In this document: one piece after another, positions 28,292 to 44,325 of the stretch
Position numbering within the stretch: the stretch's first letter is position 1
How the letters are laid out: every line of letters starts with the position of its first letter
Source: a bacterium
Lineage (GTDB): Bacteria; UBA8248
Length of the DNA stretch: 64,000 nucleotides
Assembly: GCA_965221165.1 (NCBI GenBank)
Contig: CBDCRP010000003.1
Location: 1,376,001-1,440,000 of the forward strand
Direction: 5' to 3'
Notes under the pieces: model-generated
What the model was told of the DNA's origin: nothing
Seen by the model: the letters and a program-made list of their open reading frames with translations, nothing else
Database searches by the model: none
Made by a program: the position numbers and the translations under genes

Positions 28292-30703
28292 TCACGAGCG
28301 AAGTCGCGCGCCCAGACGCGCGCCCAGAACCCCTACGATCCCCTCGAACGCCTCGCTGACCTGCTCGTCGGTGAGCGTCGCCTCCGGGTGGCGGAACACC
28401 AGCGAATACGCCAGGCTCTTCTCCCCCGAAGCCTCGAGGGCGGAATCCTGATAGACATCGAACAAATTCACCGACTCGAGCCAATCTCCTCCCGCTTGAC
28501 GGATCATTTCCTCCACCTGTCCATTGGTCCGCTCGGCATTCACCACCACCGCCAGATCGCGCAAAGAAGCCGGGTACTTCGGCAAGGGCTTCATCCGGCG
28601 GGGGGCGGACTCGATTTCGGCCAAAGCGGCGAGGGTTATCTCGAAAGCAGACACGCGGGCTTCGATATCCCACACGTCCAGCGCCTCGGGCGCCATCAAC
28701 CCGACGTGGCCGAGGGCCGTATCGCCGGCAAGAATCTTTGAAGCCGCGGATGCATCCCACCCCGGAGCAGCCTCGAGCGGCTCGAAGAGGAGGTCTTCCA
28801 CCCGCAGCGACCCGAAGAAGCGCTCGAGCACCCCTTTCAGCTCCGATAAAGCTTGTGGAAGCGGCGCATCACCCTCAGACGGCGCGCTCTCCACGACGAC
28901 GCCGGCCATGTGCAACACCTGATTCGGCAAGGCCTCTCCTTTCACGGGATGAAACGCGCGTCCCAGCTCGAACAGGCGAATCTCACCCACCGCCCGGCTC
29001 AGATTGTGCGCCACGTTCGCCAGCAGCCCCGCGAGCAGCGTGGTCCTGAGCACATCCATCTCGCCGCTCAGGGGATTGCGCAGCGCCACCATCTCCTCAT
29101 CGCGCCACCCCATGCTCCTGAGGGCCTCCCTGCTGACGAAACTGTAGTTGAGCGCCTCGCTGAATCCGCCGGCCAGCATCATCCGGCGCGCGCCCAACTC
29201 GAGGGAGCGGTTGCGCGTCGGCCTTGCGGCGGGGCTTGCCGAGGTCGGCAGCGTGGCGGGAATGTTCTCGTAGCCCACCCTTCTGCCCACCTCTTCGATC
29301 AGGTCGATCTCGCGTTCGATGTCCGGCCGGAATGTCGGGACCTCGACGTTGAAAACGCCGTCGCTCTTTTCGCTCACGAGAAGCCCCAGGGATTCGAGAC
29401 TCTCCCTCACGCGGGAAGCATCCAGGGATACACCGAGCAGGCTCGATGCGCGCGCCACCCGAATCGGCACCTGTTTGGGCGCGATGGGGGCGGGATGGGC
29501 ATCCACCGCCCCGTGGGCGATGTCGCCGCCCGCCGTCCGCCGAATGAGTTCGGCGGCCAAATCCGCCGCGCGAACGGTGCCCGAGGGGTCCACTCCGCGC
29601 TCGAAGCGATACGAGGCCTCCGTGGACATGCCCAGACGCCTGCGCGTGCGCCGGATGGTCTGGGGCGTGAAATAAGCGCTCTCCAAGAGAATATCCCGGG
29701 TGTCCTCGCTCACCTCGGATTCGAGGCCACCCATCACGCCGCCGATGGCGACGGGTTTTTCTCCGTCACAGATCATGAGGTCCCCATCGTCCATCTCGCG
29801 CGCCTGGCCATCGAGCGTGGTGAAGGGGCCATCGCTCCCGGCCCACCTTCTCACGATGATTTTCTGCTCGGCGAGGCGGTGCAGATCAAACGCGTGGAGC
29901 GGCTGCCCCAAAGAGAGCATCACATAGTTCGTCACGTCGACCACGTTGTTGATCGGCCGCATGCCGGCCGCCCGCAAGCGTCGCCCCATCCATCCGTGCG
30001 ATGGGCCGATTTCGACCCCCTGGATGATGCGGGCGGCATAGCGCGGGCATTTGTCCGGGTCCCATATCTCCACCGCGCAGGCCGAAGCCGCAGGCGTATT
30101 CCCATCCTCTTGCACGGACATGTCGGGCATGCGCAAGGATACGCCCAAAAGGGCCGCCGCCTCGCGCGCCACGCCCAGGACGGAGAGGCAATCCGCGCGG
30201 TTCGGGGTAATCGAGATGTCGAAAATCACATCCTTCAGCCCGAGAAGCTCCGCCGCGTCACTCCCGATGACGGACGCGCCCGAGAGCACCATGATGCCGC
30301 CATGATCCGCCCCCAGGCCGAGTTCGCGCTCCGAGCAGATCATCCCCTCGCTCCGCTCACCGCGAATCCGGGCGATTTCGACCTTCATCCCTCCCGGCAT
30401 CCGCACCCCAGGCTTCGCCAGTACGACGCGCCGGCCCGCCGCGACGTTGGGCGCGCCGCACACTACGGAGCGCTCCCCCGCGCCATCGGCTACGCGGCAG
30501 ACTTTCAGCCTATCCGCATTGGGGTGGGGCTCCACGGACAAGACCTCGGCCACCACCAGCCCGTCGAACGCTCCCTCGGGGCGCTCGAGCGCCTCGACCT
30601 CGAGACCCGCGAGCAGAAGCCCGTTCGCCAGGCGCTCGGGCAGTTCGGGGTCTTCTAAGTCCAAATCGATAAAATCGGCGAGCCACTCCAGGCTAATCCG
30701 CAT
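28292..30703 (-). CDS. pheT: Phenylalanine--tRNA ligase beta subunit
   Basis: HPNADRL, VVCGAPN, TPNRADCLS, RFERG, RDLAVV. Confidence 0.97.
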   Translation of the reverse strand: MRISLEWLADFIDLDLEDPELPERLANGLLLAGLEVEALERPEGAFDGLVVAEVLSVEPHPNADRLKVCRVADGAGERSVVCGAPNVAAGRRVVLAKPGVRMPGGMKVEIARIRGERSEGMICSERELGLGADHGGIMVLSGASVIGSDAAELLGLKDVIFDISITPNRADCLSVLGVAREAAALLGVSLRMPDMSVQEDGNTPAASACAVEIWDPDKCPRYAARIIQGVEIGPSHGWMGRRLRAAGMRPINNVVDVTNYVMLSLGQPLHAFDLHRLAEQKIIVRRWAGSDGPFTTLDGQAREMDDGDLMICDGEKPVAIGGVMGGLESEVSEDTRDILLESAYFTPQTIRRTRRRLGMSTEASYRFERGVDPSGTVRAADLAAELIRRTAGGDIAHGAVDAHPAPIAPKQVPIRVARASSLLGVSLDASRVRESLESLGLLVSEKSDGVFNVEVPTFRPDIEREIDLIEEVGRRVGYENIPATLPTSASPAARPTRNRSLELGARRMMLAGGFSEALNYSFVSREALRSMGWRDEEMVALRNPLSGEMDVLRTTLLAGLLANVAHNLSRAVGEIRLFELGRAFHPVKGEALPNQVLHMAGVVVESAPSEGDAPLPQALSELKGVLERFFGSLRVEDLLFEPLEAAPGWDASAASKILAGDTALGHVGLMAPEALDVWDIEARVSAFEITLAALAEIESAPRRMKPLPKYPASLRDLAVVVNAERTNGQVEEMIRQAGGDWLESVNLFDVYQDSALEASGEKSLAYSLVFRHPEATLTDEQVSEAFEGIVGVLGARLGARLRS

Positions 30704-30736
30704 CGGGGTTCCTCATCGCGCGCACCATTCGAAAAG

Positions 30737-31849
30737 TCAGAATTGCCGCAACATTCTCAAGTCGTTTTCAAAGAAAAGACGAATATCGCTGATCCCGTAA
30801 CGCAGCATGGTGATGCGCTCCACGCCCAGCCCCCAGGCGAATCCGCTCCACCTTTCGGGGTCATACCCCACGGCCTCGAAGACCGCCGGGTCCACCATCC
30901 CTGCGCCCAAAACCTCCATCCACTCGCCGCCCGCCAGATAATCGCTGGCGATGTCCACCTCGACGCTCGGCTCCGTGAAGGGGAAGAAACTCGGCCTGAG
31001 CCGCACCCGATACTCGGGTCCGAAGATTTCGCGCACGAAAGCCTCGAGCGTTCCCTTGAGGTCGGCGAAAGTCACGCCCTCGTCCACATACAAGCCCTCG
31101 ATCTGGTGGAACATGGGCGAATGCGTAATGTCGGCGTCGCAGCGGAACACCTTGCCGGGGGCGATGATCTTCACGGGAGGCGGCTGCTTTTCCATCACCC
31201 GGATCTGGACGGGCGAGGTGTGCGTGCGCAAAAGAGCGTCGCCGGTCAGATAAAACGTATCCTGCATGTCGCGAGCCGGATGGTCCTTCGGGATGTTCAG
31301 GGCTTCAAAATTGTAATAATCGAGTTCCGCCTCGGGACCCTCGGCCACGGAATAGCCCAGGCGCGTGAGCACCTCTATCAAATCCTCCATCGTCTGCACC
31401 AGCGGGTGCTCGTGGCCGATGAGGGGCGCGCGCCCGGGAATCGTGAGGTCGAGACGGGAGCGGGAGCTTGCGGCGGCATCCCCGGCGCCCAGACTCTCAT
31501 CCGCCATCCGCTCGAGTTCCTCGCCCAGCGCTCCGCACTTCTCCCTGCCCTTGAGACGTTCGCCGAGGGTGCGGTGCGCTTCGATGATCTTTTCCTTGTC
31601 ATCATCCTTGATGGCCGAAACGCTCGTCTCGATGTAGGCGCGGACCGAGTTTGCCAGCGGGCCGACGATGCGCTTCTCATCCGCGGACAAATCCTTCAGG
31701 CCCCGCATCACGTCATTGAGCGCACCGCCCTTGCGTCCCAGGTAGCGGATGCGCGCGCTCTCGGCCGCCTGCGCGTCGCGCGCGGCCCAGGCCTCGGACA
31801 ACGCGCTCGAGGATTCACGAATGATGTCGAGAAGTATGTTTTCACTCAT
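30737..31849 (-). CDS. pheS: Phenylalanine--tRNA ligase alpha subunit
   Basis: [35 protein letters not shown]. Confidence 0.97.
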   Translation of the reverse strand: MSENILLDIIRESSSALSEAWAARDAQAAESARIRYLGRKGGALNDVMRGLKDLSADEKRIVGPLANSVRAYIETSVSAIKDDDKEKIIEAHRTLGERLKGREKCGALGEELERMADESLGAGDAAASSRSRLDLTIPGRAPLIGHEHPLVQTMEDLIEVLTRLGYSVAEGPEAELDYYNFEALNIPKDHPARDMQDTFYLTGDALLRTHTSPVQIRVMEKQPPPVKIIAPGKVFRCDADITHSPMFHQIEGLYVDEGVTFADLKGTLEAFVREIFGPEYRVRLRPSFFPFTEPSVEVDIASDYLAGGEWMEVLGAGMVDPAVFEAVGYDPERWSGFAWGLGVERITMLRYGISDIRLFFENDLRMLRQF

Positions 31850-31887
31850 GCTTTTTCCTCAATCCCCGACGTTGCGGGGCCGCCATG

Positions 31888-31917
31888 CAAAAAGGCCCCA
31901 CCCCGCAGGGTGGAGCC
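31888..31917 (-). terminator. Probable terminator between rplT and pheS
   Basis: GGCTCCACCC-TGCG-GGGTGGGGCC followed by TTTTT on the minus strand. Confidence 0.6.
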
Positions 31918-31941
31918 CGAAGCACTTCTTCCCGCCCGACT

Positions 31942-32295
31942 CTAGGCCTGCGCCCGGGCGATTTCCACGAGTTTGCCGAAAGCCTGGGGGTCTTCTATCG
32001 CCATTTCGGCCAGAATCTTGCGGTTCACTTCCACACCCGCCTGATTCAGACCCCAGATGAAGCGGCTGTAATTCAGGCCGTGCAGCCGGGCCGCCGCATT
32101 GATGCGGACGTTCCAAAGACGCCTGAACTCGCGCTTGCGCACCCGGCGATCACGATAGGCGTAAGCGAGGGCGCGATGCACGGACTCCCGGGCGGAGCGA
32201 AACCTCTTCGAGCGCGCGCCCCGATAGCCCTTCGCTTCCTTGAGAAGCCTGCGATGTCTCTCCCTGCCGGCCGGTTTTCCTGTCGAACGCGACAT
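31942..32295 (-). CDS. rplT: 50S ribosomal protein L20
   Basis: [32 protein letters not shown]. Confidence 0.97.
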   Translation of the reverse strand: MSRSTGKPAGRERHRRLLKEAKGYRGARSKRFRSARESVHRALAYAYRDRRVRKREFRRLWNVRINAAARLHGLNYSRFIWGLNQAGVEVNRKILAEMAIEDPQAFGKLVEIARAQA

Positions 32296-32441
32296 GATTC
32301 GGATACTCCCTCAATCGATGCTTTTCGTCCATTCCCTCGGGGGCCGCCTCGGATTCCCTCAATCTCCCGACCGCCGACCGAGGGGAATATACCCGCACGG
32401 CCGGATGACCGCAAGCCCAAGGCGTCAGAAAAAAGAGCGCG

Positions 32442-32591
32442 TTACCTTCGCGCGCGCTTGATAGTGCGCCTGAGGACTATGACCAAAAAAAGGGCTAACC
32501 CTGCAGCGTAAGGATATTCAACTACAAATGACCCAATCCCGGCGAAGATCGACTTGATAAAGTCATTCACACCACCCACCGAATTGCTCAT
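32442..32591 (-). CDS. Small single-pass membrane protein inserted between rpmI and rplT
   Basis: 49 aa MSNSVGG...YAAGLALFLVIVLRRTIKRARR, a hydrophobic helix with a basic tail. Purine-rich RBS region. Confidence 0.45.
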   Translation of the reverse strand: MSNSVGGVNDFIKSIFAGIGSFVVEYPYAAGLALFLVIVLRRTIKRARR

Positions 32592-32672
32592 CTCTTCTCT
32601 ACTCCGGCGAAATGATGGCGCGCGCTCCATCTACGCGCTCATGGCAAAACCCGCACCATAGATACGAAAAGA

Positions 32673-32870
32673 CTACAAATAAGGTATCAGCCGCTTGATC
32701 ATCTTGGCATCCGTGGGATTCGCGATGATGCTGTGGCGGAGTTCTCTCTTTCTTTTCGTCGTCTTCTTGGTCAGGATATGACGGTGATGGGAGCGGTAGC
32801 GCTTCACCTTGCCCGTGGCCGTTAATTTGAAACGCTTGGCCGCTCCGCGGTTCGTCTTCATCTTAGGCAT
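32673..32870 (-). CDS. rpmI: 50S ribosomal protein L35
   Basis: [24 protein letters not shown]. Confidence 0.97.
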   Translation of the reverse strand: MPKMKTNRGAAKRFKLTATGKVKRYRSHHRHILTKKTTKRKRELRHSIIANPTDAKMIKRLIPYL

Positions 32871-33594
32871 CTTCTGTCACTTCTCCTTCGGGTTTTTCAT
32901 CCCCCGCCCCGTCGGCAGGGGCGACTTCGATTTCCGCCTTGCGCAACGCGTCCGCGAGAGGACTCGTCAGTTTTTCCTCGTCTGTCGAGACGTCATCCGT
33001 TTTTCTCGGCGATTTCTTACGCGGCGTTGTATCTTTTCTGGGCGGTTTTGTCGATTTCGGCGCGAGAACCATCGTCATGTTGCGGCCCTCGAGGTTGGGG
33101 AACTGCTCCACCGTGCCGATTTCGATGAGTTCGGTCGCCATGCGCTCGAGGAGTTTTCGGCCCAGGTCGGGGTGCGTCACCTCGCGTCCGCGAAACATGA
33201 TGGTGACCTTCGCCTTGTTCCCGTCGTTCAGAAACCGCTGCGCGTGCTTTCTCTTGATCGCGTAGTCATGCTCCTCAATCTTGATGCGCAGCTTGACTTC
33301 CTTCACCTCGACCACGCGCTGTTTCTTCTTGGCTTCCTGCGCCTTTTTCTGCTGCGTATATTTGTAGCGTCCCAGGTCCATGATCTTGCAGACGGGCGGA
33401 TCCGCGTTGGGAGAAACTTCGACGAGGTCCAGATCCCTGTCCTCTGCGGCCTCCACCGCCTCTTCCACGGGAAGAACACCGAGCTGCTGGCCCTCCTCGT
33501 CGATGACCCGCACCATCGGAACGCGGATGTCCCGGTTGGCTCTGGGGCCTGTGGCCGTGGGATGGATGTCCCGCCCTCTGAATCGCGACGCCAT
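32863..33594 (-). CDS. infC: Translation initiation factor IF-3 with long C-terminal extension
   Basis: [33 protein letters not shown]. Start uncertain (ATG 33594, or ATC 33570 after GAGGG). Confidence 0.95.
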   Translation of the reverse strand: MASRFRGRDIHPTATGPRANRDIRVPMVRVIDEEGQQLGVLPVEEAVEAAEDRDLDLVEVSPNADPPVCKIMDLGRYKYTQQKKAQEAKKKQRVVEVKEVKLRIKIEEHDYAIKRKHAQRFLNDGNKAKVTIMFRGREVTHPDLGRKLLERMATELIEIGTVEQFPNLEGRNMTMVLAPKSTKPPRKDTTPRKKSPRKTDDVSTDEEKLTSPLADALRKAEIEVAPADGAGDEKPEGEVTEDA

Positions 33595-33595
33595 A

Positions 33596-35473
33596 TCAGA
33601 CCGTCCCTGCGGTGAGTGATTTGTTCTCGATGTCGCTTCGCATCTTCTCCATAAATTCCTCCAATGAGATGGACCCTACGTCGCCTTGCTCACGCAGCCT
33701 CAGGGAGACTTCGCCCGCCTCCGCCTCACGGGCGCCGACGATGAGCATGTACGGTATCTTGTCTCGCTGGGCTTCCCTGATTTTATACCCAATCTTCTCG
33801 TTTCGGAAATCCCCCTCCGCCCGGAAACCGGCGGCGAGCAGCTTCTTCTCCACCTCGCGGCCGTAGGGGATGTGATTGTCGGTGATCGTCATGATGCGCG
33901 CCTGCTCGGGCGCGAGCCATGTGGGAAACGCGCCCGCGTAGTGCTCGATCAGCCCGCCCACGAATCGCTCCATCGAACCCATGACGGTCCTGTGAATCAT
34001 GACGACCTTGTGGCGCGCACCGTCCGCGCCGACGTAGTTCAAATCGAAGCGCTTGGGCAGGTTGAAGTCGAACTGAATGGTGGGCCCCTGCCAGCCGCGG
34101 CCCAGGGCGTCGCGCATCTTGATGTCTATTTTCGGCCCGTAGAACGCCGCCTCGCCCTCGATGCGCTTATAGGAGATGCCGCGCTTTTCGAGCGCCCTCG
34201 TCAGCGCCTCCGCCGCCGCCTCCCAATCCTCGAGTACGCCGGCGTACTTGCTGAAATCAGAAGCGTCGTGCACGGAGAGTTCGGTCTCGAAATCCTCGTA
34301 GCCAAACGTCCTGAGCATGAAGTGCGCCAGATCGATGACGCCCAGCACCTCTTCCTCCGCCTGCTCGGGCGTACAGAAGATGTGCGCGTCGTCCTGGGTG
34401 AAGCCCCGCACCCGGAGCATCCCGTGCAGCGCGCCGCTGCGCTCGTAGCGATAGACCGTACCCAGTTCCGCCAGGCGGTAGGGCAGATCGCGGTAGCTGT
34501 GGATTTTCTGCTGGTACACCAGGATATGGCCCGGGCAGTTCATGGGTTTCAGGACGTATTCGTCCTCGTCGATGTTCAGGACATACATGTTTTCCCGATA
34601 AAAATCATAATGCCCGGAAGTCTTGAAGAGAACGTCGCGCGCGATGTGGGGGATGGAGACGAGCTGGTAGCCCCGCTTGACGTGCTCATCCTCCCAGAAG
34701 CGCTCGATCACCTTTTTGAGCGTAGTGCCCCTGGGCTGCCAATAGATAAGCCCGCCGCCCGCGTCCTCATCGACCAGGAAGATGCCGAGTTGCTTGCCGA
34801 TGACGCGATGGTCTCTCTTCCGGGCATCCTCGAGCCTCTGGATGTGGGCCGCCAGGTCTTCTTTGGTAGCGAAGGCGGTGCCGTAGATGCGCTGGAGCAT
34901 CTTGTTCTTCTCGTCGCCGCGCCAGTAGGCGCCCGCCACGCTCAGGAGCTTGAAATTGCGCAACACCCCCGTGCCGGGCACGTGCGGCCCCCGGCACAGG
35001 TCCACGAAATCGCCCTGGCGGTAGATGGAAAGCGCCTCGCCTTCGGGCAAATCATGGATCATCTCTATCTTGTAACTCTCGCCTCTTTCCCCGAATAGGG
35101 CCAAAGCGTCCGCGCGGGATATGTCCTCGCGCTCGATGGCGTATTTCTTCTTGGCGAGCTTTTTCATTCTCGCCTCGATTTTCTTCAAATCCTCGGGGGT
35201 GAAGGTGACGTCGACGTCGATGTCGTAATAAAACCCGTTTTCGATCGGGGGGCCGATGGTGAGTTGCGCGCCCGGGTAGAGCTCCTGCACCGCCTGGGCC
35301 ATGAGGTGCGCCGTGCTGTGGCGCAGAATTTCGAGGCCCTCCTCGGAGTCGAGGAGGATAACTTCCGGCTCGGCGTCGTCGGGAAGATCGCGATTCAAAT
35401 CAACGGGCGCGCCGCCAATCTTCAGCGCGATGACATCTTTGGGCAAGTCTTTTTGCTTGGTTTGTTGAGACAT
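33596..35473 (-). CDS. thrS: Threonine--tRNA ligase
   Basis: RHSTAHLMA, DLCRGPH, RDHR, KPMNCPGH, AFYGPKID. Confidence 0.98.
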   Translation of the reverse strand: MSQQTKQKDLPKDVIALKIGGAPVDLNRDLPDDAEPEVILLDSEEGLEILRHSTAHLMAQAVQELYPGAQLTIGPPIENGFYYDIDVDVTFTPEDLKKIEARMKKLAKKKYAIEREDISRADALALFGERGESYKIEMIHDLPEGEALSIYRQGDFVDLCRGPHVPGTGVLRNFKLLSVAGAYWRGDEKNKMLQRIYGTAFATKEDLAAHIQRLEDARKRDHRVIGKQLGIFLVDEDAGGGLIYWQPRGTTLKKVIERFWEDEHVKRGYQLVSIPHIARDVLFKTSGHYDFYRENMYVLNIDEDEYVLKPMNCPGHILVYQQKIHSYRDLPYRLAELGTVYRYERSGALHGMLRVRGFTQDDAHIFCTPEQAEEEVLGVIDLAHFMLRTFGYEDFETELSVHDASDFSKYAGVLEDWEAAAEALTRALEKRGISYKRIEGEAAFYGPKIDIKMRDALGRGWQGPTIQFDFNLPKRFDLNYVGADGARHKVVMIHRTVMGSMERFVGGLIEHYAGAFPTWLAPEQARIMTITDNHIPYGREVEKKLLAAGFRAEGDFRNEKIGYKIREAQRDKIPYMLIVGAREAEAGEVSLRLREQGDVGSISLEEFMEKMRSDIENKSLTAGTV

Positions 35474-35571
35474 AGACGGGCGTTGGCCGGCGCCGCAAGC
35501 TCCTCTTGAAAGTTCCTCGAATCATCATCCCCATGACGTGGCGGCGATTCGCCACATCGTCAATTCCATCA

Positions 35572-35646
35572 TGGTAGGCGCGGGCGGTTTTGAACCGCCG
35601 ACCTCTTGCGTGTCAAGCAAGCGCTCTCCCCCTGAGCTACGCGCCT
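35572..35646 (-). tRNA. tRNA-Val(GAC)
   Basis: AGGCGCGTAGCTCAG...CTTGC-TTGACAC-GCAAG...GGTTCAAAACC...CCTACCA cloverleaf with encoded CCA. Confidence 0.96.
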
Positions 35647-35852
35647 TCGTTCGGTATATCGAAATGATAGGGAAGCGCCGCGCGCATTGTCAACGCGCGT
35701 GTGCTCCACCCGAATGAAAAATAACGCCTTTGGTGAAAAAAACCAACCCTTCTTCGTCGACAAGGCGGACTCCCCCGAAACGGTGCGAGGCGGACGATGG
35801 AACCCGGACCCTCGAAACGCTCAACCGACGAAGAAATAGTGCGGAAGACGGC

Positions 35853-37094
<1,242 letters not shown>

Positions 37095-37146
37095 CGATCA
37101 TTCCCCCTCGGTGAAGAACGCTTCCCGAAACGAAACCGGCTCCCGG

Positions 37147-37797
37147 CTAGGAGCCGTTGTTCTCCTGGTTCAGGCCGTCATCACCGCCGACGTCCGGCCT
37201 CTCGTTCGATCCTTCCACACGCGCGATGATAACGTCGTCGAGCAGGCCGTAGTCCCTCGCCTGTTTGGCCGTCATGAAATTATCGCGATCGGTGTCTTGC
37301 TCGATTCTCTTGAGCGACTGGCCAGTGTGTTTCGAGAGAATCTCGTTGAGTTCCTCGCGCATGCGGAGAATCTCGCGCGCCTGGATGTCGATGTCGCTCG
37401 CCTGCCCCTGCACGCCGCCCAGGGGCTGGTGAATCAGGATGCGCGAGTTGGGCAGGGCGTAGCGCTTGCCTTTTGCGCCCGCCGCCAGCAAGAGCGCGCC
37501 CATGCTCGCCGCCTGGCCGATGCAGATGGTCGACACGTCGGGCCTGATGTACTGCATCGTGTCGTAAATGGCCAGACCCGCCGTGACGGTGCCGCCCGGG
37601 CTGTTCACGTACATGGCGATATCCCTGTCGGGCTCTTCCGCCTCCAGAAAAAGAAGCTGGGCCGTCACGAGGTTTGCGATGGTGTCGTCTATCGCCGTCC
37701 CCAGAAAGATGATTCTCTCCTTGAGCAGGCGGCTGTAGATGTCATACGCCCGCTCGCCTCGATTCGTCTGTTCCACCACCATGGGTACGAGAGCCAC
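37147..37797 (-). CDS. clpP: ATP-dependent Clp protease proteolytic subunit
   Basis: [29 protein letters not shown]. Confidence 0.98.
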   Translation of the reverse strand: MALVPMVVEQTNRGERAYDIYSRLLKERIIFLGTAIDDTIANLVTAQLLFLEAEEPDRDIAMYVNSPGGTVTAGLAIYDTMQYIRPDVSTICIGQAASMGALLLAAGAKGKRYALPNSRILIHQPLGGVQGQASDIDIQAREILRMREELNEILSKHTGQSLKRIEQDTDRDNFMTAKQARDYGLLDDVIIARVEGSNERPDVGGDDGLNQENNGS

Positions 37798-37800
37798 TGT

Positions 37801-39171
37801 TTATCCATCCTCTTTCGAATCGCCGTCCGGGGAGCGCTCCCCACCCTCTTCATGGTCGTGGGAATGCGCTTCATGTTCGGCGGCGTCGTGAACGTCGAAT
37901 TCCACGTCGGCCCGATCGTAGAGCCAACTCACCGTTTTGTTGTAGTTGATGTTCGAAACGAGCGAGGACATCGCCCCGGTCGTCGTCATTCTCTCGCGAA
38001 GTTTGTCGGGCGTCATGCCGTAGCGCGCGGCCGACATGTTGATTTGCGCCTGAATCTCCTCGGCGCTCGCCTCGATTTCCTCGGCCTCGCGGATGCGCTC
38101 CACGATGATGAGCTGGCGCACCCGCTCCTCGGCCCGGGGCTTCAACTCCTCGCGCAACTTCTCGATTTTGGCTTCCGAGAGTTGAACGTCGGGGTTCTCC
38201 TGACGCATCCGCCGCTCGTATTCTCGAATCTGCTCATCCGCCTCCCCCTTCACCAGGGTGGAAGGCACCTCGAAGGGATGCGCCTCCAGCAGCGCGCCGA
38301 GAAGCTCGGAGATTCCGTGGCCGCGCGCATTCGCATCCTCCATGGATTCCATCTCCTTGGCGACGTCCGCCCGCAAATCCTCCGTGCTCGTATAGCCTCT
38401 TCCTAAGGATTTGACGAATTCCTCATCCACCTCGGGAGGATGCGCCTCTTTCACCTCCTTCAAGTGAAGCCGGAACTGGAGGCTCTTGCCCGCGATGTTG
38501 GGCGAGGCGTTCTCGGGAACGTCGATGTCGACCTCTTTTGACTCGCCGCCCTTCATGCCGAGGAGCGCATCGCTCAACTCCTTTTCGCCCTCATCGCCTC
38601 CTATCATGAGGGCCTGGTTCTCCCCCCGGGTGCCGGGTACGGCTTCGCCGTCCTCGAACCCCTCGATGTCGAAGAGAACATAGTCTCCCGCCCGGGCCTC
38701 CCTGTCCACGTCCTCGAACGCGGCGGCCCGCTGCCGGAGGGCCTCGATCTGCTTATCGACCATCTCGTCCGTCACCGTATGGCGATGGGCCTTCACCTGA
38801 AGCCCCGTATACCCGCCGAGTTCGAAGGGAGGGATGACCTCCACCGTCGCCTTATACGTCAACTCCGGCGCGTCGTCCTCCATATTGATGTCGGTCACGT
38901 TCGGCTCACCCACCGGGCGCATGCCCCTATCCTCCAGCAAACTGCGGTAGGAAGTCGATATCAGATGGTTCAGAACCTCCGCCTGCACCTCCTCGCCGTA
39001 GTAGCGCTCGAGCACGCTGCGCGGGATTTTCCCCTTCCTGAAGCCCTTGATCTTCACGCGCCCCGAGAGGCGCCTGTAGGCGCGCTCCATCTCGTCGGCG
39101 ACCTCGGCGCGCGGGACGGCGACTTCCAGACGCTTCGTGCAGGCGTCGATGTCGTTCACTGTACCGGCCAT
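37801..39171 (-). CDS. tig: Trigger factor
   Basis: GFRKGK ribosome-binding motif, FKBP-like middle domain, upstream of clpP. Confidence 0.95.
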   Translation of the reverse strand: MAGTVNDIDACTKRLEVAVPRAEVADEMERAYRRLSGRVKIKGFRKGKIPRSVLERYYGEEVQAEVLNHLISTSYRSLLEDRGMRPVGEPNVTDINMEDDAPELTYKATVEVIPPFELGGYTGLQVKAHRHTVTDEMVDKQIEALRQRAAAFEDVDREARAGDYVLFDIEGFEDGEAVPGTRGENQALMIGGDEGEKELSDALLGMKGGESKEVDIDVPENASPNIAGKSLQFRLHLKEVKEAHPPEVDEEFVKSLGRGYTSTEDLRADVAKEMESMEDANARGHGISELLGALLEAHPFEVPSTLVKGEADEQIREYERRMRQENPDVQLSEAKIEKLREELKPRAEERVRQLIIVERIREAEEIEASAEEIQAQINMSAARYGMTPDKLRERMTTTGAMSSLVSNINYNKTVSWLYDRADVEFDVHDAAEHEAHSHDHEEGGERSPDGDSKEDG

Positions 39172-39231
39172 TCCTCACTCTCCAGAATCAAAACGAAAAC
39201 AAAATCCAAAAAATAAAAAAGACTTGAACCC

Positions 39232-39316
39232 TGGTGCGAAGGGGGGGACTCGAACCCCCACGCCCGAAGGCACTGGAACCTAAATCCAGCGCGTCTACCA
39301 GTTCCGCCACCCTCGC
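39232..39316 (-). tRNA. tRNA-Leu(TAG)
   Basis: GCGAGGGTGGCGGAACTGGTAGACGCG-CTGGA-TTTAGGT-TCCAG, long variable arm, GGTTCGAGTCC, CCA. Confidence 0.96.
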
Positions 39317-39494
39317 ATCCCCTTGGCGAACAAAGGCTTATACTCCAAAACCACATGCGAATCCACCGCCCACCCAGAGCCCCTCGGGCCAGGATTTCGC
39401 GCCTCACAATCTAGTCGCACGAAGGCGGGCCGTCAATGGCGGGAATCGAACGCGGCCACCCGCTCGGGCGGAATGCGCGATGTGGAAACGAAAA

Positions 39495-43268
<3,774 letters not shown>

Positions 43269-43397
43269 AAGCCGCCCCGAATCAAATGCTTAAAGGTTCA
43301 AACCCAAACCAAAGGGTGGTTATAAGTGATTTTCAAGCGCGAGAAAAGCGCAAGATTTAGATGAGAGGATTTGGGGAACGCGAAAACCCGAAACGAA

Positions 43398-44207
43398 CTA
43401 CTCCTTGCGGCGCACCTCTTCCTCGATGAAGGCGTAGGCGTTGTGGTCGTGGATGGATTCGAAATTCTCCACCTCCACCTGGAACCACCTGATGCGCTTG
43501 TCGGTCCGGAGCAAAAGGGCCGCCTCGCGCACCACGTCCTCCACGAAGCGGGGATTGTCGAAAGCCGTCTCGGTGACGAACTTCTCATCCTCGCGCTTCA
43601 AGATCGGATACAGAGCGCAACTGCCCGCACTCTCGGCGACCTCGACGAGTTCCTCTATCCAGAACTCGCCGTCGAAGCGCACCTTGATGCGCACGTGCCC
43701 CCGCTGGTTGTGCGCGCCGCGCAGGCTGATCTCCTTCGAGCACGGGCACAGCGTGGCGATGCGCACCATGATGCTCAGGACGAAGTCGTCCACCGCGCCG
43801 GCCGAAGCGTCGAAGCCGCACTCGAGCGCCATCAGGCCCTCGGCGCCCGTCACCGGAGCGGCCTTGTGCATGAAGTAGGGAAAGGTTACGGAAAAATGCG
43901 CCGTCTGCGCGTCCAGGCGCTCGCGAATCGTCTGCAACAGCATGGGCACGCTGTCCACGCCGATGGCGTCGGTATGCTCGTTCAGCACTTCCAGGAAACG
44001 GCTCATGTGGGTGCCCTTGAAGTGGTGCGGCAAATCCACGTACATGTTGACGTTGCCGATGGTGTGCTGGGCTTCTTTGGCCCTGTCCTTCACCACGATG
44101 GGATAGCGGATGTTCTTGACACCCACCTTGTCTATCTTGACGTTGCGCTGATCGGAACCCGCCTGCACGTCGGCGAGGTCGGCAGGCTCGGTCGGGAGGC
44201 CTGACAT
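43398..44207 (-). CDS. folE2: GTP cyclohydrolase I type B
   Basis: KGTHMSRF, LCPCSKEIS..GAHNQR, NPRFVED, ESIH.HNA. Confidence 0.95.
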   Translation of the reverse strand: MSGLPTEPADLADVQAGSDQRNVKIDKVGVKNIRYPIVVKDRAKEAQHTIGNVNMYVDLPHHFKGTHMSRFLEVLNEHTDAIGVDSVPMLLQTIRERLDAQTAHFSVTFPYFMHKAAPVTGAEGLMALECGFDASAGAVDDFVLSIMVRIATLCPCSKEISLRGAHNQRGHVRIKVRFDGEFWIEELVEVAESAGSCALYPILKREDEKFVTETAFDNPRFVEDVVREAALLLRTDKRIRWFQVEVENFESIHDHNAYAFIEEEVRRKE

Positions 44208-44325
44208 CGAATCTCATCCTTTCCGCTCTGGTTTAGAGAACATTCATCCGGCGGCTTGTTTTGCTGTTCCCGCCCTTTTCGATACCGCCCAGACGCGGAA
44301 TCGAAAAATTACGAGGTTTCCCGGC

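Noticed and set aside
31440-31620. Extra segment in the PheS N-terminal coiled coil
   Set aside because: This region is length-variable and the catalytic core is normal.
43269-43397. SAM or cobalamin riboswitch upstream of metH
   Set aside because: Only a TTTGAAC fragment is seen. I could not build the consensus structure, so an Rfam scan is needed.
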